DNA of 56,599 nt, the filler included, from Jimgerdemannia flammicorona (Eukaryota): the NCBI GenBank assembly GCA_003990765.1. It is 2 parts of 2 records of this genome, joined end to end, with 100 filler letters (N's around TTAATTAATTAA, not from the genome) between each part and the next. Parts side by side here need not be neighbours in the genome. Positions count along the whole stretch, not along the records: positions 1 to 28,252 come from RBNJ01000576.1; 1 more part is not named here. The stretch is one strand, 5' to 3'. The notes beneath the pieces were generated by a model, which did not search any database, had not been told where the DNA came from, and saw only the letters and a list, made by a program, of their open reading frames with translations. Shown here piece after piece: positions 10,125 through 23,076 of the stretch; position 1 is the first letter of the stretch; every line of letters starts with the position of its first letter. Made by a program: the position numbers and the translations under genes.

Positions 10125-13100
10125 TCTACACTGTTGTACAAGGTGTGGTAGGAGTCTGGCAACAATTCACGATAAGTTTTATTGAAATCTATCAAGTTTT
10201 TAAGATATGATAACTCAAGATTTATCAAGCTTAGAGTGCCTGGAGAGGAGGAGACCTGGTCTAGGTCTCCTCAAGAGTTTTGCAGTAGCTGCTGGTCAGG
10301 GTGGAGCTAGAAGACAGATTAGAGATTAAGGACTGGTGGCAGGATTGGATGGTTGGTACATAGTGGTGGGGGGTAAGCAGGTAGCCTCTAGACCTATAGT
10401 TGGAGGGCAGCAGAGGCATAGTATTGATAGGAGTGGATGTTAGGTAACTAGTCAGCTGACTGGCCAGAGACCCAGCAGGGGTCAGGGGTCTGGGGGTGTG
10501 ATGGCTGGGACAGGTTTTTCTGGGGCTGGGCTGGTGGCTGGGGGTGGGACTGCTGGTAGTGCAGTAGCTCTTAGTGAGGTAGTGGCTGGTATGTCTGATA
10601 ATAAGAACAAGGTAACCTTAGTAGCAGAGACTGGTGAGCTAGTGGTATGACTATTCTTTCATAAGTCTATTTCGATGTGGGCAGTCTCTGCCAATTATCT
10701 GGACCTCGGTCTATCAGCCAAGGAAGTTCTATAACTGGTGGGTGAGAAGGTAGCAGGGACAGAGTCACTGAGGTTTATTCTCTTGGCAGAGGCAGTGGAG
10801 GTCAGATTTGTTAAGGAGGAGACTATGGTGAAGGCCTTAGAAAAGGAGGTGATAGTCAAGAATGTTAAGGTGGGAATGGCGAGATGCCTGAGATGGGACC
10901 CATATATGGTGAGGTTAGTGGTGGAAGGATTGCCAATGCTGAGCAGACAGGAGACTAAGACAGTGATCACCAAAACTCTAGAAGGCTTTGGTGAGATGAT
11001 GGATTTCAGATTTATATTTTGGGAGGGTACAAAGCTGAGGAATGGCAACTGTAAGGCAGTGGTATAGTTGGAGGAGAAGGAGGTGACAGGTTTGGGGTAA
11101 GACTGGCCAGAGGTTATTTATGTTGGGGAGTAGAAATGTTGGGTTTGGAGGAGGAAAGGCTCTGAGCAGGAGGAGGAGGAGCTGTTGATAGCTCTTGAGG
11201 AGCAGGATGAGGTGAAGGCTCTGCAGAAGAGAAAATGAGAGGAATTTGCCAAAGATTGGATCTGAATTGAAATAGATGAAAAGAGGAAGTACTGGCATAA
11301 GGCAAACTGGGAGTGGCTGCAGGCAGTGCTGTAAGCATCTGTGGAGCAGAAGGTTGAAAGAGTGGTATTCAACAGGAATCAAATGGAAGAGATGGAGGCA
11401 GCTGAGGTGTCTTTCTCACAGCTGAGGGGAGTGGAAGAATCTGTATATATATCTGTAACAGAGAAGTGGGTAGATGGTAAGAATCAGTAAGGAGCAGGCT
11501 TCAAAGAGGATGTTGAGGTAGTTCTGGAATCTCAGATGGAAGACACAGTGATGGCTAGATCAGTGAATACATACTGGAAATATCCTAAGACAGGGGAGGT
11601 GGTGAGGTTGGATAAGGTCTCTGAAGATAATAAGCTGGTGGATGTTACTTCTGATGTATTTACAGACAGAGAATTGCTTCAGGAGCTATACAGGACTCCT
11701 AGGCCTGTAACTCCAGAGCCACTGATAATGGTAGCAGATGGCTGGTTTCAGGTAGTCCTAGAGGAACTGGCAGAGGCAGCATCCCTTTCACCAATAATAT
11801 TCAGGTGACACAAGACTCAGATAACACTTTTTACAATGTTTTTGGTATCTGACGACTATCAATATGGATGGCAATGATTGAACTGGTGAGCATACTGGCC
11901 AGGGGGGTGGTGGTGCCTTTGGCTGACAGCAGGTGGGGAGGAGGGGAGATGGTTTGGGGATGCCAGGGGCCTCAATGGCTAGCCAAAGCTCTGGTGGTGG
12001 AGGGAGGGGCAGCCTGAAGCAGCAAGGAGGGGAGAGGTTGACCTTTGCAGATAAGGTCAGAATGGAGAAGATGGCCTCTGGTCTGGATGATTGGCTGGGT
12101 CTGGGGAAGGCATCAATAGCTACTGCTGGGGGACAGAGAGGTGTGCCCAGAGGAGTGTCTGGTGGTAAGAGAGGAGCAAGAGTAGGGGCTGGAGATGTGA
12201 CTGTTGATGGGGCTGTGACTGGGGATCTGGCAAAAAATCCAGATATGATGGTGGTTGATCATTCAGGACAGAGGGTGGGCACAAGACCCAGAGACCTGGC
12301 AGATGGGGTGACAGGCATGGTGTCGGCCCTGTTACTCAAGAAGTCAAGGTCAGAATTCACAGTCACAATATGTTTCAGGGGCTTGACAGTAACTATAAGG
12401 GTGATCTTGGGGCTAGTGGTGCAGAAGGCAAAGAGAGCAACTTCAGTGAAGTTTTTAAAGGGGAAAGAAGGGGTCAAGGTAGGGTTTAAGGAAGAAGACA
12501 CCTTGCTGGCAGCCATGGGGAAGAGGGTGACAGTTGGTATGGTTGTGGTCCCTATGGCCAGGTGCATGCGCTGGAACCTCCGAGTGGTACAGTTGATAGT
12601 GTTGGATCTCTCTACAGTGTCGAAGGAGAGGACTAGAGAGTTGATTGTGAAGATGGTCAAGAAGTATAGAGAGATTGTGGATGTTGCATTCAAGGTCTGG
12701 GAGGGTATGGAGCTCCAGACTAGTGATGTCAATGTCAGGGTGAGGCTGGCTGAAAAGGAGAATACAGAGAAGGCAAGGGACTGACCAGTGACTCTGAGGT
12801 GGGGACCTATGGAGTGCAAGGTCACAAGGGTGAAGGGAATCCAGGAGGAGGAGGAAGAACTGTTGGAGGCTCTGGAAGATCTGGAAGGGATGGTTGAGAG
12901 GAGAAAATTGGCTTGGAAGGAGTATGAGACCAAGATGGTGGTGGAAGAAGTGGATGAGAAGAGGGTCTGGATAGAGCGAGTGGCCTGAGAGAAGATGCAG
13001 GGGAGGAAAATCCAGAAGAAGCTGCTGGTGAAGTTGGGTGGGGGTAAAGCTGGCAGTGGCACAGGGGATGGGAAAGTGAGATTGCAAGTGAGCACCTGGG

Positions 13101-16100
13101 CTGTGGGAAGCAGAAGAGCTCATGGTGGGGCTTGGATTGGATTGGAGGAGGAGAGAGAAGGTGGTATGGAGGCAGATGCAGAAATGAGCAAAGGTGTACA
13201 CCCTCAGTATAGTGTCCCAGGTGGAGCTGAGGGGGAGGAGGAACTGCTGGATGTGCCAGATGAGGAGTGGGATGAGTCAGTGAGGAGGAGTGCTCTGATG
13301 GACCCCAAGATAAAAGGGGGGCAAATTGCCCAGGGTGCAGCAGAGGTGGTGGATGAGGAGAATTGGATGTGGAAGACCCTGGAAGAGGTAGTAGCAGAGG
13401 AGCTGAGAGGAGAGAATTTCTGGGTTATGGAGGAGAGACATTGAGAGGAAATCCTATAGGGGGAGGAGGTGCCGAGGAAGGTGAGGAATGAGATCCTGGC
13501 TGTCCTCTTGGAGTAGGTTGAATATTAAGTTGATGATCAGATGGAAGAGGAACTTAGGGAGATTGTGAATAACCAGGCATTATTCTTATAGAACTCGAGA
13601 AAGAGACTAGAGAAGTGGTGTACAGTCTGCATAGACTACTAGTCAGAGATGGAGGTAGTAGATGGGGTGGAATATCAGGAAATCTTAGAGGCACTAGATG
13701 CTCAGGCTAATGCCGAGAGTGACTTGGAAGTGGAATGGTGCTTGGATCTGGCTGAAGATGAGATGAGCATGGAATACTAGGTTGGGGTCCCAATTACAAA
13801 CATTCTTTCAATATGAATAGTATAACTAGAATATTCTCTTTGAATATCAATGGGTTATGGGGGGCGGCTAGGAGGAAGTATATATTTGGATAGCTAAAGG
13901 AGCTGGATGTGGACCTCTTTTTATTGTAGGATATTCGTTATGAGGCAGATGTAGACTTACAGGATTAGACTAAGGAATGGGGGGGGACTGCAGTATGGAG
14001 GGAGAGAGTGGGTATCCTCATTTGGAAAGAGATAGGGGATATTGGGGACATTGGACATTGGGGGTCTTGAGTAGTGTGGGGAGTGTGGAAGAGGCTGGGA
14101 TGGAGCCCATTGACAGTTGGGTCTTGTTACTGTCCAGCTGAGAGAGGGGAGAGGGTGGATTGGATTTGTAGGTTAAAAGAGTCTGATGTCTTGGGTGAGG
14201 TTGGGTTGGACTACCTGGGGAGTGACTTCAATATAGTATGGGATAAGGAGATAGATAGGACAGATGGAGAGAGAGGCATGTGGAGCAAGAGTGGTGGGTT
14301 GGATGACTGGTTAGAGACAGAGAGGTTTAGTTCTTTAGTGGACTCAGGAAGACAGTTTTGGGACAACCAGTGGGTGTACACTCACTGAGTGGTAGGGCCG
14401 GGCTCCTGAATTGACTGGATTTTGATAGTGGAGTGCTGGGGAGCAGATGTCTGAATGGTGCTGGAGGTAGTTTGGTGTCCATGGTCTGATCACTGGGGGC
14501 TGTTAGGAGGGGAGAGGTTTGGGGGAAGTGAGGATGGGCCTGGACATTGACAACTAAATTCTTCCCTATTGGAGGATGGGGTTTTGTAGAAGGTGAGAAA
14601 AGGAGATTATTGGGAATATTGGAAGGTGGCAGGACCAGGGCCTGGGGATTGGGGACTGCTGGAGGAGGCTAAAGGCAAATGCTCAGGAGTATTGGAGGGA
14701 AGCAGGGAAAGAAAGGTGTGCTCAACAATGACAGCAGGTGCTATGGGCCTCGCAGCATCTGGCAGTACTCATGGAGAGATGGGCAGGTGTGCTAGAAGAT
14801 GGGGAGATGACCGACTGGCATATCGTGAGAATCTGAAAGGAGGTGGAGGAGCTTAAAGGAGTGCTATGAAGAGAGGAGGAGGTGAGGCTGCAGGGGCTTG
14901 AGGAGGGGGAGAGGCCTACTAGGTTTTTATCATAGTTGTTACAGGTGTGACAAATGAAGCAGTAGTAGGAGAGAGTCCTGGATGAAAATGGAGAACTGGT
15001 GGGGGGGACTCTGGCAATTCTGGATTTACTGAGAACCCATTGGGAGAATCTATGGAGTGAGGAGAAGGGAGGAGTGGATGCCTTGGATATTGAAAGGTAG
15101 CTGGGGGATTGATACCCAGACCCTGCAATGGGCCTAGGGACTTTGGGAGACCTGGTGAGCAAAGAGAAAATCTGCAAGATTGTGGCCTCGATGAGTAAGG
15201 AGACAGCTCCGGGGGAGGATGGACTTCTCTGGGATTTTTGGAAGAAGATGGCTGGGGTGAGCAAGGTGCTAGAGGAAATGACAACTATGTGTAGTGAGGT
15301 TCTTTGGTCTGGAACTTGGATTTGGGGCCAGTGCCTAGGGCTGGTCTCCTAGCTCTACAATAATAAGGGGAGGTGGGAAGACTGGAAGAACTGGCAGTTG
15401 ATCATGCTACTTGATATGGACTGCAAACTGGTGATGAAGATTTTGGTGATGAGGTTGCAAGGAATTGCTCAGCAAGTTCTCAGTGTGGAGCAGCATGGAT
15501 TTGTCAATGGCCAGTTAATTCATAATGAGACAGCTTTGGTACATGGTGTGATTGAAGGGGCCTGGGCTATAGAGATAGATGGCTGGTTGGTATTTCTGGA
15601 TCAGGAGAAGGTGTATGATAGAGTGCAGAGGATCTGGCTAGAGGAAGTGCTGAAATGGATTGGTATTCCCCTAGGGTTCCATGGATCATTGATCAGCCTT
15701 TTGGAGGACAGTCAGGCTGTATTGGTCATCAATGGCCACAGGAGTGTGGCCTTTCCTCTTGGTCATGAGATACCACAAGGTGACCCCTTGTCACCCATAT
15801 TGTATGCCCTCTCCCTGGAGCCCCTACTGGACAGGATTCGGCATCAAATTGGGGGTTTGGACATTCTAGGGATTAATTGGAAGATGGGGGCCTTTGCTAA
15901 TGATATGGTGGTGGAACTGAGCTCATTGGAGAATATGGGGGAGTTACAGTAGTCTGTGGAATGGTATGAGAGGGGATCTGGTACTAAACTCAACTGGCAC
16001 AAATGTGAGACTCTGGTGCTAGATGCTGGAATTGTTGGTAGTGATGTAATTGAGATGGTGGTAGCAGCCAGCAAACTGGTGCATTATTTGGAGATCTACT

Positions 16101-19100
16101 TCTCAGTGTTTGGATCTTTTCTTTCCTGTGCATGGTGGGACTGACAACTTCTGGAGTGGGGAAATATTCTTCTGTGATAGGGAGGTAGGTATATGTCCTT
16201 AGCTGGAAGAGTGATGATGCTGAATGTGTATTGGCTGCCAAAGCTGTAGTATGTGGGGTATCATCTGGATTTCCTGGCTTGGGTGGTCAGGGTGCTGTTG
16301 AAGATGGTAAGATCTTGGATCTGGGGAGGGTGGTGAAGTCAGATGGGTTGGGAGATACTTACACTGCCTATGGAAAGATGTGGGCTGGGTTTAGTTGACT
16401 TTACCAAATGGCTTCATTGTTTGAGAGCCTGGTGGTTGAGGAGGGCAAGTGAGCTGAGGGGCTGAGAGTGGGTGCTACTCATGCAGAGGGTGTGGGAGAT
16501 CTGGTACTCCTCTTATGGTGACTCCAGCAACCTGCTTGCAATGGTGGCCATGGAAGAGAGCCAGAGGATGCAGTATAAGGGCTTCTGGTAGAGAGTGGTA
16601 GATGGAGCCAAGAAAATTGGACTTTGGTAGCAGGGTGATGAAGCAGAGGAGGATTGGGAACCGTGGATGTGGTGGTGGGACAGGCTACTGCTAGGTGGTG
16701 TTCTGGTGGAGGACTTTCAGCTTGGAGAGGGTATGGAGTATCTGCAGGGCCTGGGTGGTGATCTGTGGCCTGAAGTCTGGCAGAGGGTTAGGATTGGTGA
16801 GGAGTGAAATTGGAATGGACTCTGGCTTTGGAACAAGCGGGTGAGGCAGTGGCTGCCCCCCAAGTTCTGGGTAGTGTAATGGCAAGTTCTATGGCAGAAT
16901 GTGATATTGAAATATCAGTCTGGACACTTGGTAGATGGTGGCACATTTGAGTACGAGAATGTTTCAATATTGGTCAGGAGGGAGAAGTGGTACAGATGCC
17001 TGAACATTGGCTTGGCGAGTACAAGATTTTGGAGAAGTTTTGGAGATATATTATGGACTGGTTAGGGCTGTGTGCCTTGGTGAGAGGGGAAGGGGGGAGA
17101 TGGGGAGAGCTCTACTGAAGACTGGTTGACAGAATTGGGGATAAATGGTTGACTCTTGGCTGGGCTCTGGTCATGTAGATTGGGATGGCTGGGCATTGGG
17201 TATATGTATTTGAGGAGGGTCAGTGGGTTGGGGTTGGAGACAAGGTGGCACATTGGAAATGATTATTACTGGACATTTTGAATGGCTGGTAGCATGGGTG
17301 GGGGCTGAGTGGGGGGAATCACAGGGGTTTGGTACAGTGTATCTCCCAGAAGAGTAGTAGGAGGATTCAGGTGGGGGGTGACTGGGTTGTGCTCCAGCAG
17401 GGGGAGATTGAGGGGGGAGGGATGGGTCTACAGGGCATTGGTTGAGGGGATGGGGTGACATTGTATCATTAGTATTATAGATGGCAGTAATATATAAAAA
17501 AAAAAAGAGGAACTGACAGAGGATGAAATTAAGAAAGTGGATGTATTTCAGGGTTCTCTGGAGGCATAGGAAGGGTTTCTTAAGGTGGTATTGCAAGGAC
17601 CAAAGCTGGTGACAGCCATGGTGGCAGCCCTCCTGAAGGATGAAGGATGAAGGGTATGAGGTGGATGATACCAGAATGGCAGATATCCATAAGGTGGCAT
17701 CAGAGCAAGTAGACTCCTTCTGTGGTAGTATCAATAGTGAGAGAATTTGGTGAGCAGTCTGTGCAGAATGTCGAGACATCATTAAGGACAGAGCTGAGAA
17801 AGTGGCGGTAGTGACAGCTGATATCTAAACTCCAATATTTCATGATAAAGTACAATCTATGAATTCTGTCAATCAATGTCAATAGTTTATGAGATGGAGT
17901 GAAGTGGTGGTATCTTGTTCGATGGTTGAAAGTCAGGAAATATGATGTAGTGTTTCTTCAGAGTATTTGGGCCTATGGTGAGGAGGACTATGAGTTGTGG
18001 AGTAAGGAATAGTTTGGAGATACAGGCTGGAGTAAGCAAGTTGGTATTCTAGTTGGGGTTGGAAAGGGGGAGTTAGTTGATGTGGAAAGCTTTGGTAATC
18101 ACCTGGTGTGGGGAAGGTTGAAGGGAGGGAAAGGAGATGGACTCTTGGTGGACTCAGTATATCTGCCAGCAGTTGGCAGAGAGCAAAAGCAATGGGTGAG
18201 GAGTGGCTGGCTTGGGAGAATTGGGCAGCTCTAGGGTTGGACATTCTGGGGGGTGATTTCAATATGGTAAGGAACTGTGTACTGGATCAGTCTGATGGTG
18301 GGGCTGATGTAGCAGTTTCTCTGGGGCTGTCTCAGTGGCTTCAGGTGGAAAAGGGCATGAGATTGGTAGATGGTGTCTGATTGAGGATAGGAGATGAGTC
18401 AGGGTCCTTTACCAGATAGCATTTGATAGACAATGAGATGGTTGGAATGTAGATTGATTGGATACTGGTAGCTGAACATTGGAGTAATGTTTTCGACACA
18501 GTGGGGGTATAGTGGTGCCCATGGTCAGACCATTAGAGAGTTGAGGTGTGTGGAAGATTCCAGGCTGTTAATGGAGGAGGTGGGCACTGGTATCTTAATG
18601 TAGCCTTGCTCTGGTACCTAGTAGAATGGAAATAATTCACATACTTGACTAGACAGAAAGTAGAGCAATGAGTGGCTGGTGGTCTGTCTATTGCTAATTA
18701 GTGGAGTAGGTTTAAACACCTTGTAGGTGCATATTGGTGAGATACTGGGGAGGTGGCAGGAAAGGAGCAAAAGAACAAGAAAAGGAGAGTTGAAAGAGGA
18801 TTGTGGTGGTGATTGAAGCTGTTGGAGGAAGGTTCACTGGCAGAAGGGAAGAAGCATTAGCTTGCTAGAGAGGTAGTCAACTTACAGTCAGCTTTGAGGG
18901 AGGCTGAGGATAGAGTCATAGATGGGCTCCTGGCATGCCTGAGGACTAGGCAACTGGAAGAGGGTGAGTGACTGATGAAATACTTATCTGGTGTCTTAAA
19001 GGCAAGAAAAGTTTGACACAGCTGATCTTCAGTATTATGAGAAGATGGTGTTGAGGTTACTGGTGTGGCAGATATGTTGGAGGAGGTTTTTGGACAATGG

Positions 19101-21607
19101 CAGACCCTCTGGAGTAATAACAATAGGGGAGGGAGTACTGGGGTAGGGGATGTTGCTGAGGTGCCTCTTGTACATAACTGGCCAGTGGTACCTCTGCCAG
19201 AGATAGGGGCTTCAGTATTAGGCAGAGTATCTTTGGAGGAAGTATTAGAGGTTCTGCAGAAGGCACCAGGTGGTTCATCGCCAGGTGAGGATGGGCTCTC
19301 TTGGGAGTTTTGGAAGGAGTTTCAGGTGGAATTTGGAGCTTGGCTTGTTGAGATGGCTAATTATGTACTAGAAGAAGAGTAGTGGATTGGAAATGGAAGC
19401 TTAGAACTGGTGTCTTTACTGTATAAAAAGAAAGATGATAGGAGGGAGTGTTATAACTGGTGGCCAATCATGCTGTTAAATGTGGATAGGAAGCTAGTCT
19501 CCAAAATCCTGGTAGGAAGATTGCAGCAGTGGATTGGAAGACTGGTAGGGGAGGAGCAGAGGGGCTTTGTGAAGGGTTAGCAGATCAGAGACAGTACTGC
19601 CTAGGTGCAAAATGTCTTAGAAGGCTGTAGGAGTTGGCAGGTCAATGGGAGGATAGTCTTCTTGGATCAAGAGAAGGCATATAATAGAGTGCAGTAGCAT
19701 TATCTAGAGGCAATACTCCAGAAAGTAGGGTTTGATCTTAGAGAAGTTGGAAGACTGATGGGACTGGTGTAAGGCTATCAAGGGGCAGTGCTGATGAATG
19801 GCTGGAGCAGTCTGGAGTTTGCTTTAGGAAGAGGGGTTCTATAGAGAGACCCTCTTTCTCTACTCCTTTATATTATCTTACTGGAACTGGTATTGGTCTG
19901 GCTAAGAGGACAGCTGAATGGATTGTAAATGGGGGAGGTAGTTTGGAAGCTGGGGGCCTTTGCAGATAACTTGGTGGTTGGGCTCAGCAGCATAGCAGAT
20001 GTGGATATTTTAAGAGAAAGAATAGAACAGTATGAGGGGTTGGCAGGTGCAAAGTTGAATTGGGGAAAGTGTGAAACCTTAGAGCTTGGTACAGGCTTAG
20101 AGACAGCAGGGTTTGGACAAGTGGTGCCTACAGGGAAGGCAGTACAGTACTTAGGGATATGGTTTTTGGTGTTCAGAACAGTTTTATCAAGAGAGTGGTG
20201 GGGTTTGATGGTACAGAAATGGAAATGTGTGCTGATGGGCTGGGCTGGTCAAAACTTCTCCCTGGCAGGGAGAGTGGTGGTCCTTAATATGTACTGACTG
20301 CCAAAGTTGTAGTATCTGGGTTACCACTTAGATTTCTCTGGGTGGGTGGTGTGGTGGCTCAAAAAAGCTATCGAAGAGTGGCTCTGGAGGGGTAGATGGC
20401 TATAGATTAGATGGGAAGCATTGGTGCTGCTGATTACTGATAGAGGTCTGGGATTGGTGGACTTTTGGCAGAGGTTGAAGGTGCTTAGAGGCTGGTGGGG
20501 TTGCCGATTAGTAGAGTTAGGGGAAGAAAGTTGGGGCAGATTGGCAATGGATAATTGGAAGATCAGATTCTACCCCCAGAGTGCAGAGAGGAAGGATTTG
20601 TGAGGGCTACTTCAAGTTGGATTAGTAGAGAGGATGAGGTTCAAAGGATTCTAGTGGGGCATTGTTGAGGCCTGGCTCATGATGGAACTAACAGGGTCAG
20701 AGGTGGAGGCGATAGGGGAGGGGGCTGATCCTGAGTAGTGGTAGTGACAACTTGGACTACTCAGGGTAGGAGGGAAGAAGCTGAAGGACTATCCTCTGGT
20801 AGAGGCTATGGAATGGGCCAGATCAGGCCCTCTTGAGCAGTGGCCAGTAGAATGGCAGACAGCTGGCATTGGCAAGATGTGGGAATAGAGTCATATTTGG
20901 AGATGGGTGGCTACTTTAAATAAGGTGGTACCTCCTAGATATTGGGTAGTTTGGTGGTGATTCCTGAGAAAGAATGTAGTATTGAACTATCAGACAGGAT
21001 GGATGGTGGTCAATGGGTGCAGAGATTGTGAATGGGGTTCTGAGATCTCTGGAGAAGTGGTTCAGACCCCGGAGCATATCATTGAGGCCTGCCCAAGGGT
21101 AGAGGGTTATTGGCAGATACTGGAGGAGCATTGAGATTCTGAGAGAAGGAGGCCAGGAGATTCTATCAGTGTAGTCACCCAGAGGAGGCTGGTGGGGGAG
21201 ATTGGGGACATTTGGGGAGATGTTGGGTGGATCTTGGGCATGTGGATCTTAATGGCAGTATACTGGCAATGGGTTTTTGAAGATGAATATTGGATGAAAA
21301 TTAGAGATCTAATAGAGCAATGGTACTAGCTTGTGAGAGAGGTAGTACAGGGTTGGTGGCACCAGGGGAGGTGGCAGGAGTTGGGGGTAGTAAAGAAGGT
21401 TCAAGACATTGTATTGGGGAGTCAGAGTTAGTTAATACTAGGTAAGGGTGGAGTGCAGTGGAAAATTGGAGTAGGTTGATAGGACCTGTTAGGATTATTT
21501 TGTCCTTATAGTGTGGAATAGGTAGTTGGTGTGATAAAGTGTAGTTTAATTCATATAGACTAGTGGAATAAAGGAGTCCAAGTGACTATAAAAAAAAAAA
21601 AAAAAAA
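10125..21607 (+). mobile_element. L1/Tx1-type LINE A (degenerate), interrupted in ORF1 by LINE B
   Basis: ORF1 remnant ~10300-11776 resuming at 17507; ORF2 ~17842-21480 with ILSINVN, GGDFN, WSDH, PGEDG, LDQEKAY, FADN, YLGI; ends AGTCCAAGTGACTATA(A)n; 5' boundary approximate. Confidence 0.85.
11777..17506 (+). mobile_element. L1/Tx1-type LINE B, full length, nested in LINE A
   Basis: TSD GAGGAACTG(G/A)CAGAGG at 11761-11776 and 17507-17522; ORF1 ~11870-13780; ORF2 ~13815-17430 (ILSLNING, SDFN, LDQEKVYDRV, PQGDPLSP, FAND); poly-A. Confidence 0.92.
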
Positions 21608-21612
21608 GTATC

Positions 21613-21617
<5 letters not shown>

Positions 21618-21644
<27 letters not shown>
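21618..21644. repeat. (TA)n microsatellite
   Basis: Directly visible after the LINE A tail. Confidence 0.9.
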
Positions 21645-21648
<4 letters not shown>

Positions 21649-22144
21649 AATCTATCTTATTAATTAGCTACTAGTAGTTTACTCTCTCTTTATCTTATCA
21701 CTTTCTGATAGATTATATCAATAAACTAGCTTCTATCAATCTGTCTTTAGAGCAGTACTATATTTAGGAGCTAGTACTTCTCACTACTACTCACTATCTG
21801 AAATCTGTCTTATATCTATATTCTAGTAATTAGATCAAAGATACTATTTTATCTCTATGAAATCTAATATATTACTCTAGTACTTTACTACTAGCACTCA
21901 ATTAATTCTTATCTTACTAGTTTATTACCAATAGTATAACATCTAGTAAAGAATTCTGATTTATCTCCTCTTTAATATTAAATCCTATTTATCAAATCTA
22001 TATTCTTTTTTATTTAAAGCTATCTTAATAGTTCTAGAGGGATAGTTACTTTGGCTTTACTATTAAAATAGTCTAAAGATCTGTCTCATATTATAATAAG
22101 TCACTCTCTAAAATATCTAATCCAACTTTCTCTCAACTGTCTCT

Positions 22145-22320
22145 TTTTTATTTTTTATTTTATTTTATTTTATTTTATTTTTTATCATTACTTAGACTTC
22201 TACTTTATTATCTCCAATCTATATTATACTAATATAGATATATAACATATCTCTCACTAAATCCTATAAGGAGCCTCTCTTCTCTCTATCTTTCTAAAAA
22301 TTTACTATTTTCTCTATAAC
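22145..22320 (-). mobile_element. old LINE 3'-end remnant
   Basis: (TTTTA)n decayed tail plus reverse-complement AATAAAG..AGTCTAAGTAATGATA, a decayed copy of the LINE tail motif. Confidence 0.5.
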
Positions 22321-23076
22321 CATAATAGAATGAGTAGTGAGTAAATAGATGAGATATAATATATAATGAGTTATCATAATAATATAACTATTGATCAAGT
22401 GTGATATATAATATATGAATGATGAATGTAACAAATAATATAAATAATATAAAAAATAATATTTAGCTTATCTTTGCAATTGATACTGCAAAAATTAGTA
22501 CTAATTATTACCTAGTAATAGAGGTCCTGATTATAAAGTATTCTTGATTACAAACCACCTAACAAAGATCATAATCACAAACCTCACCATAGTTACCAAA
22601 TTAGTTACTTATATTTAATCAGAAATTATAGATCAATTTATATAAATACTCTCTAGTTTTTATCTGAAATAAAGACAGTTTTAGTTTAGTCCTTAATATA
22701 AGAATCAAGTCTCTCTCTACATATATACATTTTTCTAAGTCTTAGTAATGACATCTAAGTGACTTTAGTGTTTCTAACTAAACTCCAGAAGCCTAGCTAA
22801 CTTCTGCTAGAACTGAGACTGATATATAAATCTCAAAGACTTAAGTAAACTCATTAAATCTAAATTTTAAGATAAATTTAATCTATATATAGTAAAGAAC
22901 AAGTCCCTTATAACTATAGTTAATAAGAAGAGTACTACTGCTATAACTACTTTCAAGTGAGTACTTTCTTATACTGAAGACTTCTTAGTATATATTGAGT
23001 ACTAAGTCTCTAAGTAATATCTTGTTTTCCTAATTATTTAAAGGATAAGAGAGGGGTAGAAATAAGAGTTATTATA
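22321..23076 (+). repeat. 5' LTR of A2
   Basis: Long collinear match to the A1 LTR, differing mainly by C>T/G>A. Confidence 0.88.

Noticed and set aside
12259..13201. Long antisense ORFs in LINEs (also 45209-45802, 46121-46723 and others)
   Set aside because: Ser/Pro/Leu-rich shadows of G-rich sense coding strands, with no motifs
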